In this document: in pieces, positions 16,802 through 24,424 of the stretch
How the letters are laid out: every line of letters starts with the position of its first letter
Position numbering within the stretch: the stretch's first letter is position 1
IMG/VR virus record: IMGVR_UViG_3300028610_000355
Span: 1 to 24,424 of that record
Reading direction: 5' to 3' (one strand)
Length of the DNA: 24,424 nt
DNA from: a virus
Lineage: Duplodnaviria > Caudoviricetes
Program-made: the position numbers and the translations under genes
The notes under the pieces: generated by a model
The model's database searches: none
What the model saw: only the letters and a program-made list of their open reading frames with translations
Told to the model about the DNA's origin: nothing

Positions 16802-16817
16802 GTAAAGGAGCCATACC

Positions 16818-17636
16818 TTGGCAAAGATTGACCTGAAGAACGCTATCCTGAGACTTTGGGATGGTACGATTCCGACTCTTACCACAACTAATACAGGTGG
16901 TGATGATGGAAAGCTTTTGCTTACTGCTCTTAGTAAGCATCATGGGAGTGCAACTCCCTCGATTACTCTCGTTGACCCAGGCAGCGACGGCTCGATTGCC
17001 GTAGTTGTAGTTGGTGTTGATGTTACTGTCACACTTGCATATGCAACTGGTGCAGTTACAACTACTGCTACTCTACTTGAAGCTGCCCTTGATGGTGATG
17101 CCGACGCGGTTGCCCTCTTTACAGCATCTCAAGTTGGTGCTGGTTCGGTTCTCGTTGAGGCCCAAGCCATTACCAGACTCACAGGCCATAACTCACTTGA
17201 AATTAAGGTCGGTGATGGTAATCTTACCCACTCCGAGAAGAAGACCAGAGAGTTCAGTTTGGACCGTGGTTCTCTTGATACGGTACGTGATGCTGACGAG
17301 GAACCGATGGATGTCTCGTTTGACTTCATGTGGGAATTCCTCACGTCTGCTAACGGTGCATCTGTACCGACGATCGAAGAAGTCCTAAAGAATCTGGCCC
17401 CGGCCGATACTTGGGTAACTACTGCTGATGATACCTGTCAGCCATTCTGTGTTGACCTTGAAATCGTCAATGCTCCAGCGTGCTCGGCGATCGATGACGA
17501 GCAATCCCTTTTCGAGGAATTCTATTACGAAGGACTCGACCACGATACGAAGGAAGCAAGCGTTGCTTGTTCCGGACGCTGTAATCGACTGACGGCAAGC
17601 CATGTCAGATTTGATTCGGCAATTCTGCCTCTCTAA
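16818..17636 (+). CDS. Tail tube (major tail) protein, copy 2
   Basis: Tandem paralog of copy 1: identical first 19 aa and 156/158 identical C-terminal aa; AAAGGAG RBS and TTG start. Confidence 0.75.
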   Translation: MAKIDLKNAILRLWDGTIPTLTTTNTGGDDGKLLLTALSKHHGSATPSITLVDPGSDGSIAVVVVGVDVTVTLAYATGAVTTTATLLEAALDGDADAVALFTASQVGAGSVLVEAQAITRLTGHNSLEIKVGDGNLTHSEKKTREFSLDRGSLDTVRDADEEPMDVSFDFMWEFLTSANGASVPTIEEVLKNLAPADTWVTTADDTCQPFCVDLEIVNAPACSAIDDEQSLFEEFYYEGLDHDTKEASVACSGRCNRLTASHVRFDSAILPL

Positions 17637-17664
17637 TCACTAACCACCCGAGGAGACTCTTACA

Positions 17665-18177
17665 ATGAAGATGCAAGGAAGAAAAGTCAAAGGACGCAAT
17701 GTGGAGATTGTTGTGTTCCGACGTCCCCTACTTGAAGATGGAACTAATGGTAACTTAGCATTTAAGGCTGAGGCCGTACCTGATTTTAAGGAATTCAACA
17801 GGCTTTGCCCAATGCCGAAGCCACCGGAAATTCTTAAGGCAGGTGGTGTTCGTATATCCAATGTTAAGGACAAACGATTTCTGACTGCACTGGATACGTG
17901 GGCATCACAAAAGACAGCGTACACAGTCCTTCGGTCCCTCCAGGCTACAGATGACTTGGAATGGGAAACTGTCAAAATGGATGATCCCCAAACTTGGGCT
18001 GGCTGGCGTAAGGAACTAGAAGACAGTGACTTCGTTGATAGCGAGATTGCCAAGATCATTGAAACTGTTGGCATTGCTAACTGTATGGACGATGGTATGC
18101 TTGACGCTGCCAGGGAAGATTTTTTAGCAGGGGAGGCTCGGCAAGCAGAATTAGACTCCCAGACGGCCGAAGTCTAA
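17665..18177 (+). CDS. Tail assembly chaperone (gpG analogue)
   Basis: After tube and before TMP; GAGGAG RBS; slippery T TTT TTA near the 3' end. Confidence 0.85.
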   Translation: MKMQGRKVKGRNVEIVVFRRPLLEDGTNGNLAFKAEAVPDFKEFNRLCPMPKPPEILKAGGVRISNVKDKRFLTALDTWASQKTAYTVLRSLQATDDLEWETVKMDDPQTWAGWRKELEDSDFVDSEIAKIIETVGIANCMDDGMLDAAREDFLAGEARQAELDSQTAEV

Positions 18178-18329
18178 AGTATATTGTCTGGCGGGCGTTT
18201 GAACGATTTGGTCAAATGCCAAATGGCATGAGTCCTGACCCGGATGATTGGACTGAATGGCAACTATCTGAATGGACAAGTTATGAACAGATTCGACAAA
18301 TTGAAGAAGCTGGAAGTGAAACGCCATGA
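17665..18329 (+). CDS. Tail assembly chaperone -1 frameshift product (gpGT analogue, about 221 aa)
   Basis: Heptamer TTTTTTA at 18120-18126; the -1 frame is open for 67 codons (SRGGSASRIRLPDGRSLKYIVWRAFERFGQ...EWTSYEQIRQIEEAGSETP) to TGA 18329, overlapping the next ATG. Confidence 0.85.
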
Positions 18330-18889
18330 TGCCAACAATTAAGGGAGAAGTCTCACTCCCTACAATCAATATTGTTAACTTTACCAAAATCCTTCAAGCT
18401 AGGCTCGAAGCCAAGCAACGAGAAGCTATCAGAGCTTGGTTACGTGCTGTGATGGAGAAGACCCCGACATACACGGGGACAGCATATGGTACATTTGTAC
18501 CACTAGCTAGGGTTTTAGGTAAGGTGGCAATTCAACCCGGTACGGTATCTTTGGCCGCAAGAGATAAGATACGTCGTGGTACAACGATACAAGGGAAACG
18601 ATATAAGTTAGGTGCAGAGACAGCCGGTCAGTATTCAACATATGAAATTACACACACCTATGCAAAATTTAGAATGAGTTATGTTTTTGAATTCGAGAAC
18701 ACACTACCCTATGTACTTTGGAACAATGTACAACCTGCCCCGAGTTGGTTACACTTAAAATCTAAGCCACCATGGAAAGCACTTGAAGCCGGGGCTACAG
18801 CATTTGAATCATACATACAAAAAGAACTGCCAAAAGTTATTGGTGAGTTGGGCAACGTCGTTAAGATCAGAAAAGTGAGAATCGCTTAA
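18326..18889 (+). CDS. HK97 gp10-like tail completion/neck protein
   Basis: Basic protein with TPTYTG (PxxTG), NTLPY and PPWKALEAG motifs in the gp10 order. Confidence 0.6.
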   Translation: MMPTIKGEVSLPTINIVNFTKILQARLEAKQREAIRAWLRAVMEKTPTYTGTAYGTFVPLARVLGKVAIQPGTVSLAARDKIRRGTTIQGKRYKLGAETAGQYSTYEITHTYAKFRMSYVFEFENTLPYVLWNNVQPAPSWLHLKSKPPWKALEAGATAFESYIQKELPKVIGELGNVVKIRKVRIA

Positions 18890-21800
18890 TGTCAGATCAA
18901 GTATCCCGTACCAAGATGATCTTCGATATCGAGAACCTCGCGGAGGTAAATCAAGCCGCTGAGATTCTTGCTAAGCTTAACCAAAAGCAACTTGATATGG
19001 CAAGGAAGCAGGGTGGGTATGCTGCTGCCAATAAAAAAGTTACTTCAACGATCACGCAGCAGATAAGTGCCCATAAATCATTACAAGTATCACTGTCACA
19101 AACTGCGGCGGGGGCATCACATCTTACTGCTAAGTATATTGCCACCGGTGCTGCGGGGGCGGCGTCGGCCCAGAAAACACTATTATCGTGGCGTAGTGTT
19201 GGGCGTTTCTTTTCCGGTTTCCTTATCTATCGTGCGTTAGGGGCACTACAGACTGGGTTCACTGAAACGATGCGGGACGCGATTAAATTCTCGCGTGCTG
19301 TTAGTGAGCTTATGACTATCTCACATAATGCCCCGCTGCATTTTAACAAATGGTCGCAGTCTATGCGGCATCTCTCTGATGAATGGAACCGAGCAGACTT
19401 AGATGTCGTCGAAGGTACGTATCAAGCTCTGTCAAATCAAATCGCTGAAGGTACACATGTTATTGGCTTCATGAATGAAGCTATGCGATTATCAACGATC
19501 ACGGTTAGTTCGACGGCCGATTCAGTTCAGCTATTAACGGGTGTCCTTAATGCATATGAAATGACGGCCGATGATGCCGGGTATGCAACTGACGTATTCT
19601 TTAAGACAGTTGAACTTGGTCGACTCCGACTAAAGAATATGGCCAATACAATGGGTGGCGTTAATATGCTCGCCCATCAGCTTGGTATAACATATGAAGA
19701 ACTTGCTGCATCTGTGGCAGTCTTATCAAGAAAAGGTGTTGAACCTAGAGTTGCACTTACACAGTTACGTGCTGTCATTATGAAACTTATCCGTCCTACG
19801 GATAAGATGCTAGAGGTATACAAAGAATGGGGTGTTGCATCTGGTGAAGGGGCAATTGCAGCCTTTGGCTTCGTTGGTGTAATTCGTAAGCTGATTGAAG
19901 TTACATCAAGAGGTGGAGAACAACTCGCTGAGATGGGTGCGGTACTGGGTCGTATCCGAGCTATCACTGGTGGTCAGGGATTGGCATCGAGTCTCGGTGA
20001 AATTACAGATGCTATCGATGAGTTCGGTAGATCAGGTAAAGATGCCACTCAAGCTTTAGGCGAGATCCAGGATAAAGCTGGGTATCGACTTGAAAAAGAA
20101 TGGAATAAAGTCAAGAACTTCTTCACACATGATGTAGGGATAGAACTTGTTAATAGTCTTGACGGTCTCAATACCTCCATCGGTGGGCTTGCAGAGAAAC
20201 TCAAAACAGTTTCCCAGTACGTGGATGAAGCTGGTGTTATAGCCTGGGCATTAGCATGGTCTGGTGCAGCTATTACTCTTGCTACTGCCGGAGCTGCGTT
20301 CTTTTCATTAGCTGGAGCGGCAACTCTTGCCGAGCTTGCTGTATACGGATTAACAGCCGCCTTTACTACATTGGTGGCAGTTCTAACAAATGTTGTATTT
20401 ATATTTGTTGCTGTTGCTTTGGCCGCGTATAAATTAAGTTCGGCTCTTGTAGATGTCAACCAGAGAATGACAGATGGTGTACTTGAAGCGGCCGAAGTTA
20501 AAATTGCAGCTAATGATGCTGCGTGGATTGAGATAGCAAGAATTGAACGGGAGAATATAGCTAATTCATTCCGTAGATATAAGACGGGTCTTGATGACCA
20601 GATCCGCGAACTCCATAATTATGTTTCACAAACTCAAGCTGCATACAATAGACTCAATGATGCTCAAACTGAACAGCAAGGTCTGGAGGAAGCTCTTCAT
20701 GGTATGAAAATGAAGAATGCTGGTCAACTAGAGAAAAAACAACTTTTATCTACTCGGGCTGTAAAAGAACATGGGCGTATTCTTGGCCTGCTGGCGGCTG
20801 GAGAAAATGAAGCAGCAATGAAAGCATTGCCTGCGTATAATGCACTAATTGACGAACTCGAAGCACTGGGTGTCTCAGAAGAAAGGGCCATGACGCAGAT
20901 ATATAATAAGGGTAAGAAGGATTACCAGAAAGTTAAGTCTGCCGGTGAAAGTTGGGTGCTTGCCAATAAGGTTATTGTTGATAAGCAAGGAAATCTTATC
21001 AAGGCGGCCGGGAATCAAGAAGTATGGTATAGAACTGCTATGTTAGCACAGGCACTCCGTGAGAATGTAATGGATCTAATGCAGGAGGCTATTGATGAAT
21101 CAAAAGACCTTTACGGTGACCAGACAACACCTGCTGCAGACCAAGTCCTTATCCGAATGGAAAACCTCCTAAAGCTCGATAAGTTACGGGTTGAAGAAGT
21201 TGAAAAATATAATGAGGAATTGATAAAGCAAGCACAGCTATTTAAGGACGCTAGTGACCTGCAAAAGGAGGGCACAGGGCAAGTACAAAATGCCGTAGAC
21301 CGAATGGGTAAGGAGTTAGGTACAGGGTGGTTTTCAGGCTCAGTTCAAGACGAACTAATGATTGGGAAGATGCTCAAGAGTATCGTAGATACGGCGGACT
21401 TAGAGGGGGAAGCATTGATTGCGGAATTCAATAAAGTCCAAGATACGTTCTTATCATTTAAAGATAAGGTAATGCTACTTACAGACGAAACGTCTGAAGA
21501 CTTTGCTAAAATCCCAGTAGAGCAACTCAGTTCAATGATTAAGGAGATGCAAGAAGAATATGGTCTCTTCTCAAAATATATGACTGATGAATCTAAGCAG
21601 ACGTTTGATACCTTCTTTAGGCAGATACTAGGGGGAATTGGTCAGGCTAAAGCAGGGGAGTTTCATAAGAAACAAGCCGAGGCATTTTCTGCTCGTCTTG
21701 AAACAGCAATTGGAAAAGCCCAAGTAGAAATTGATAAGCTACAAGTTAAGTGGGGGGAGATGGGGACAGCTTGGGGTGAATCGACCAGTGCTATTATTGG

Positions 21801-22260
21801 TGCCTTGATTGAAACCGGTAACACTACGGCTACTGTTTCTGGTATATACAAAGGAGTCATGGAAGCTGCTACAAAAACGAATGAGTCTGCCAGTGCCTTA
21901 CTAAGTGAAACGAAGGCAATAAATGCAGAGATAGCATTACTACAAGCACAAGGTGGTGCATACGGTGGTCGCTTTGCGGCTGGTGGTCGCTTTGCGGCTG
22001 GTGGTCTAGCTAGTGATACTATCAATGCGAGACTACGTAAGGGTGAATATGTAGTTAATCCACGAGCAACTGGTAACTTCCTACCTGATCTTATAGCAAT
22101 GAATAATGGTGCTCGCTTCGGTACGGGTGGTATTGTTAACAACAACGTAGGTGACGTTAAGGTCACTGTACAAGGTGGTGGTACATCTGTGCGAGTTGCA
22201 AGGGAAATTGCATCAGAGCTACGCCGCGAGTTACGGCGTGGTACGAGTAGACTTAGCTAA
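18889..22260 (+). CDS. Tape measure protein, TP901-like core
   Basis: 1123 aa, helical and Ala-rich; D.FFKTVELG, LGITYEELAA, TQLRAVIMKL.RPT core; central hydrophobic segments; C-terminal FAAGG..D.INARL..GEYVVN. Confidence 0.93.
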   Translation: MSDQVSRTKMIFDIENLAEVNQAAEILAKLNQKQLDMARKQGGYAAANKKVTSTITQQISAHKSLQVSLSQTAAGASHLTAKYIATGAAGAASAQKTLLSWRSVGRFFSGFLIYRALGALQTGFTETMRDAIKFSRAVSELMTISHNAPLHFNKWSQSMRHLSDEWNRADLDVVEGTYQALSNQIAEGTHVIGFMNEAMRLSTITVSSTADSVQLLTGVLNAYEMTADDAGYATDVFFKTVELGRLRLKNMANTMGGVNMLAHQLGITYEELAASVAVLSRKGVEPRVALTQLRAVIMKLIRPTDKMLEVYKEWGVASGEGAIAAFGFVGVIRKLIEVTSRGGEQLAEMGAVLGRIRAITGGQGLASSLGEITDAIDEFGRSGKDATQALGEIQDKAGYRLEKEWNKVKNFFTHDVGIELVNSLDGLNTSIGGLAEKLKTVSQYVDEAGVIAWALAWSGAAITLATAGAAFFSLAGAATLAELAVYGLTAAFTTLVAVLTNVVFIFVAVALAAYKLSSALVDVNQRMTDGVLEAAEVKIAANDAAWIEIARIERENIANSFRRYKTGLDDQIRELHNYVSQTQAAYNRLNDAQTEQQGLEEALHGMKMKNAGQLEKKQLLSTRAVKEHGRILGLLAAGENEAAMKALPAYNALIDELEALGVSEERAMTQIYNKGKKDYQKVKSAGESWVLANKVIVDKQGNLIKAAGNQEVWYRTAMLAQALRENVMDLMQEAIDESKDLYGDQTTPAADQVLIRMENLLKLDKLRVEEVEKYNEELIKQAQLFKDASDLQKEGTGQVQNAVDRMGKELGTGWFSGSVQDELMIGKMLKSIVDTADLEGEALIAEFNKVQDTFLSFKDKVMLLTDETSEDFAKIPVEQLSSMIKEMQEEYGLFSKYMTDESKQTFDTFFRQILGGIGQAKAGEFHKKQAEAFSARLETAIGKAQVEIDKLQVKWGEMGTAWGESTSAIIGALIETGNTTATVSGIYKGVMEAATKTNESASALLSETKAINAEIALLQAQGGAYGGRFAAGGRFAAGGLASDTINARLRKGEYVVNPRATGNFLPDLIAMNNGARFGTGGIVNNNVGDVKVTVQGGGTSVRVAREIASELRRELRRGTSRLS
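21964..22006. repeat. 18-bp perfect tandem repeat inside the TMP (GGRFAA x2.4)
   Basis: GGTGGTCGCTTTGCGGCT at 21964 and 21982, partial copy at 22000. Confidence 0.9.
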
Positions 22261-22269
22261 GGAGATACT

Positions 22270-22485
22270 ATGACAAATCATGTTGAACTTGTAATGATGG
22301 AAGGGGGCAGCATCCAGTCTTCTTCACCACCAAATCAACCAATCGAGAATGTGCTTGAGTGCGATCCTTTCATATTCGAGCATGAAGCTGTCTGTACTAA
22401 GATAGCATTGAAGGACAGAACTGATCTCACGGATGAACAAAAAGCTGCAATCATGAATCCCGAGTTGTCCACGGACAATTCATAA
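22270..22485 (+). CDS. Small acidic hypothetical protein
   Basis: TAAGGAG RBS overlapping the TMP stop; fills the gap. Confidence 0.7.
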   Translation: MTNHVELVMMEGGSIQSSSPPNQPIENVLECDPFIFEHEAVCTKIALKDRTDLTDEQKAAIMNPELSTDNS

Positions 22486-22505
22486 CCCGTTTGAAGGAGG
22501 GTGTA

Positions 22506-23033
22506 ATGCTCAACTTTGTTAAGAAGCTTTTCACCATGAAAAGCAAAGTGTCGTTCCGTGGACAGATACACGCGGAACATTACAACAAGGACGGCGAACT
22601 TCTTGGCGTCTACGACTTTAACAATGACATTGTGAATGTCGGTAAGGACCTAGATCTCGACGTCATGTTCAATGACGGTACGGCCGTAGCTCAGGCTTCC
22701 TGGTGCATTGGCCTGATTGACCTTAGTGGCTATTCCGCTCTCGCTGCGGCAGATGTCATGAACAGCCATGCTGGTTGGAACGAGTTCACTTCGTATTCCG
22801 AAGCGAACCGCGTAGCCTGGGGATCAGGTTCTGCTTCCAGCCAGTCGGTGACCAATGCGTCCCCCGCCACCTTCAATATCAATGGAAGTGGAACCGTCAA
22901 GGGTGTGTTCATTACATCCCAGAATACCAAGAGTGGTACGACCGGAACCCTTTGGGCCACCGCTTTGTTTGCCGCTGACGTGCCTGTCAGCAATGGCGAT
23001 CAACTCAAGATCACGTACACCGTTAGCACGTAA
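22506..23033 (+). CDS. Beta-rich virion structural protein (minor tail/fibre subunit)
   Basis: N.IVNVG..LDVMF..W.IGL..SHAGW.E..Y...NR..PATF.IN..GD.L.ITYT pattern recalled from uncultured phage tail proteins; AAGGAGG RBS places the start at ATG 22506. Confidence 0.75.
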   Translation: MLNFVKKLFTMKSKVSFRGQIHAEHYNKDGELLGVYDFNNDIVNVGKDLDLDVMFNDGTAVAQASWCIGLIDLSGYSALAAADVMNSHAGWNEFTSYSEANRVAWGSGSASSQSVTNASPATFNINGSGTVKGVFITSQNTKSGTTGTLWATALFAADVPVSNGDQLKITYTVST

Positions 23034-23039
23034 TCTTCC

Positions 23040-23077
23040 TTGCCTAGAGCCCATCCACTTGGGTGGGCTCTGGGTAA
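23040..23077 (+). terminator. 17-bp stem hairpin (weak terminator or mRNA stabiliser)
   Basis: TTGCCTAGAGCCCATCC-ACTT-GGGTGGGCTCTGGGTAA; U-tract is poor. Confidence 0.65.
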
Positions 23078-23098
23078 TCTTAACAATAGAGGGTAGTG

Positions 23099-24229
23099 AT
23101 GCCGAAGAAACTACGTCACTCAGCAGAGAATACGCTAACCTTTTCACAGTCTGTAACCTACAATAAAACGTGGGCGATAGCTGTGTCAAGTACGTTAGCG
23201 TTCGCTCAGAGTCCGGAGTCTGATTATAAGTATCTCTCTGTTGAAGATACTCTCACTTTCTCTCAATCTGTTGATGTTAACAACATCTACTACCTGTCAG
23301 CAAGTAACACTCTGGCTTTTAGTCAGAATGTTCATATCACTCGCCCAATATCTCTAAGTGTCGGGAACACACTAGCATTCTCACAGAATGCAAGAAGCAA
23401 TATCACTGCCCTCTCTGCGGGTAACCAACTTAGCTTCTCTCAGAGTGTTGAAGTTCGTCGGCCTATCTACTTGTCCGTTTCAAGTACATTAGACTTCACG
23501 CAATCAGCAACACTAGCGTCGAACGTCATTAACTTGGCAGTTACAAGTTACCTTTCGTTCTCACATCAAGCTGCTCGTGTAATTCCGCTCTCAGTAAGTA
23601 ATCACCTACACCTATCACATAGTGTGATTACAACAGCGTCGGGTGAACACGTTAAGCAGTGGCTTTACTTCACTCACACTGCCGTCGCTGAGGTCACTAA
23701 GCCGACCAGCAGTCTACTGTCCTTCACCCAAGTAATCGGTTGTTCTGTCGTCCGTAGCTTGTCGGTGGGGAACACACTGACATTCACGCAAGCAGCCAGT
23801 GCCTTAATACCGGATAAGAGTGAATGGCCCAGGGCCCCTGTCCTAGTCCACAGATCCAGTACCCAGCTATCATACCCATTCAACGCTCCTACCCTTATCA
23901 TCGAACTGAGGAACCCAGAGTTCAACAACCAAGAGATGTTCACCCACCAGCGTATCAATCGAAAAACTCGCGGTGGTAAGCTTGACATCTATCGTGATGA
24001 GAGTTGGCCCAGCATCCAGAAACTAGATTACAAGATCGGGACTCTCACTGACGTTCAAAGAGTTGCACTTCTCAATTTCCTGGATGTAACATTAGGCCAA
24101 GAAATAAGAATCATAGACTTTGAATCAAGAGTATGGAAAGCTTTGATATTGACCCCTGCATCAGAGCTTGCGGACGCTGGGCCCGATAAGCATTATGTTA
24201 CCCTACAGTTTGAGGTAGAGCTACAATGA
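23099..24229 (+). CDS. Repeat-containing tail protein: about 12 LSVSNTLxFSQ repeats plus a C-terminal distal-tail (Dit/gpM)-like domain
   Basis: Repeats visible; position between TMP and tail-tip gene; paralog of 11092..12204. Confidence 0.7.
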   Translation: MPKKLRHSAENTLTFSQSVTYNKTWAIAVSSTLAFAQSPESDYKYLSVEDTLTFSQSVDVNNIYYLSASNTLAFSQNVHITRPISLSVGNTLAFSQNARSNITALSAGNQLSFSQSVEVRRPIYLSVSSTLDFTQSATLASNVINLAVTSYLSFSHQAARVIPLSVSNHLHLSHSVITTASGEHVKQWLYFTHTAVAEVTKPTSSLLSFTQVIGCSVVRSLSVGNTLTFTQAASALIPDKSEWPRAPVLVHRSSTQLSYPFNAPTLIIELRNPEFNNQEMFTHQRINRKTRGGKLDIYRDESWPSIQKLDYKIGTLTDVQRVALLNFLDVTLGQEIRIIDFESRVWKALILTPASELADAGPDKHYVTLQFEVELQ

Positions 24230-24424
24230 AAACCCTTAGTCCTGTAATGTCAGAGAGGCTCACAAATTCACACGGCTCAGAATCCGTTTGTATTGTCGAG
24301 GTTCAGTGGGCTGTAGATGGTCAATGGCATCAGTACGCCGACAAGGATATCCACGGTAGTAATATCGAGGGTAAGATTCTCAGTGTCAGCACTATGGAGA
24401 GTGTTGTTAAGATGGACAGCCAGG
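24226..24424 (+). CDS. Tail tip/hub protein, N-terminal fragment (MKTLSPVMSERLTNSHGSESVCIVEVQW...)
   Basis: ATGA overlap with the previous gene, GAGG RBS, open to the window edge; function by synteny only. Confidence 0.6.
   Translation, partial: MKTLSPVMSERLTNSHGSESVCIVEVQWAVDGQWHQYADKDIHGSNIEGKILSVSTMESVVKMDSQ

Larger units (their letters stand above)
1..24424. mobile_element. Tailed phage/prophage genome segment (packaging, head, neck and non-contractile tail modules)
   Basis: Co-oriented, tightly packed terminase-portal-scaffold-capsid-tube-chaperone-tape measure genes with many ATGA/TAATG overlaps; no host housekeeping genes. Confidence 0.97.

Noticed and set aside
15986-17636. Diversity-generating retroelement TR/VR pair, or assembly duplication
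   Set aside because: Differences are mostly synonymous and not adenine-specific, both copies are full genes, no reverse transcriptase is in the window, and the many clustered substitutions argue against misassembly.
1-24424. tRNA, rRNA, integrase, intron/intein or alternative genetic code
   Set aside because: None recognised; genes tile densely under the standard code, with TAA, TAG and TGA all used as stops.

Overview
The window is part of a tailed dsDNA phage or prophage (Caudoviricetes, siphovirus-like: no sheath gene, 1123-aa tape measure). From left to right it holds: a truncated leftward gene; a ~1.4-kb repeat-rich intergenic region ending in a near-consensus sigma70 promoter; a self-contained five-gene operon (exported trypsin-fold serine protease plus small helical and membrane proteins, no recognisable peptidoglycan hydrolase); a double beta-helix fibre; TerS; lambda-gpA-type TerL; portal; a LamG-like gene and a repeat-fibre gene; head-tail adaptor; scaffold; P22-type major capsid protein; neck genes; two tandem tail-tube paralogs; a -1 frameshift tail chaperone; a gp10-like gene; tape measure; and tail-tip genes. 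The most notable observations are (i) an identical PFRLVYD N-terminal motif on scaffold and capsid, suggesting a shared protease-cleaved leader, (ii) the protease-centred envelope or lysis operon, (iii) duplicated tail tubes with a homogenised core and divergent insert, and (iv) a ~19-aa beta-strand repeat shared by three virion proteins. Family assignments come from motif recognition and synteny by eye; no database search was run.
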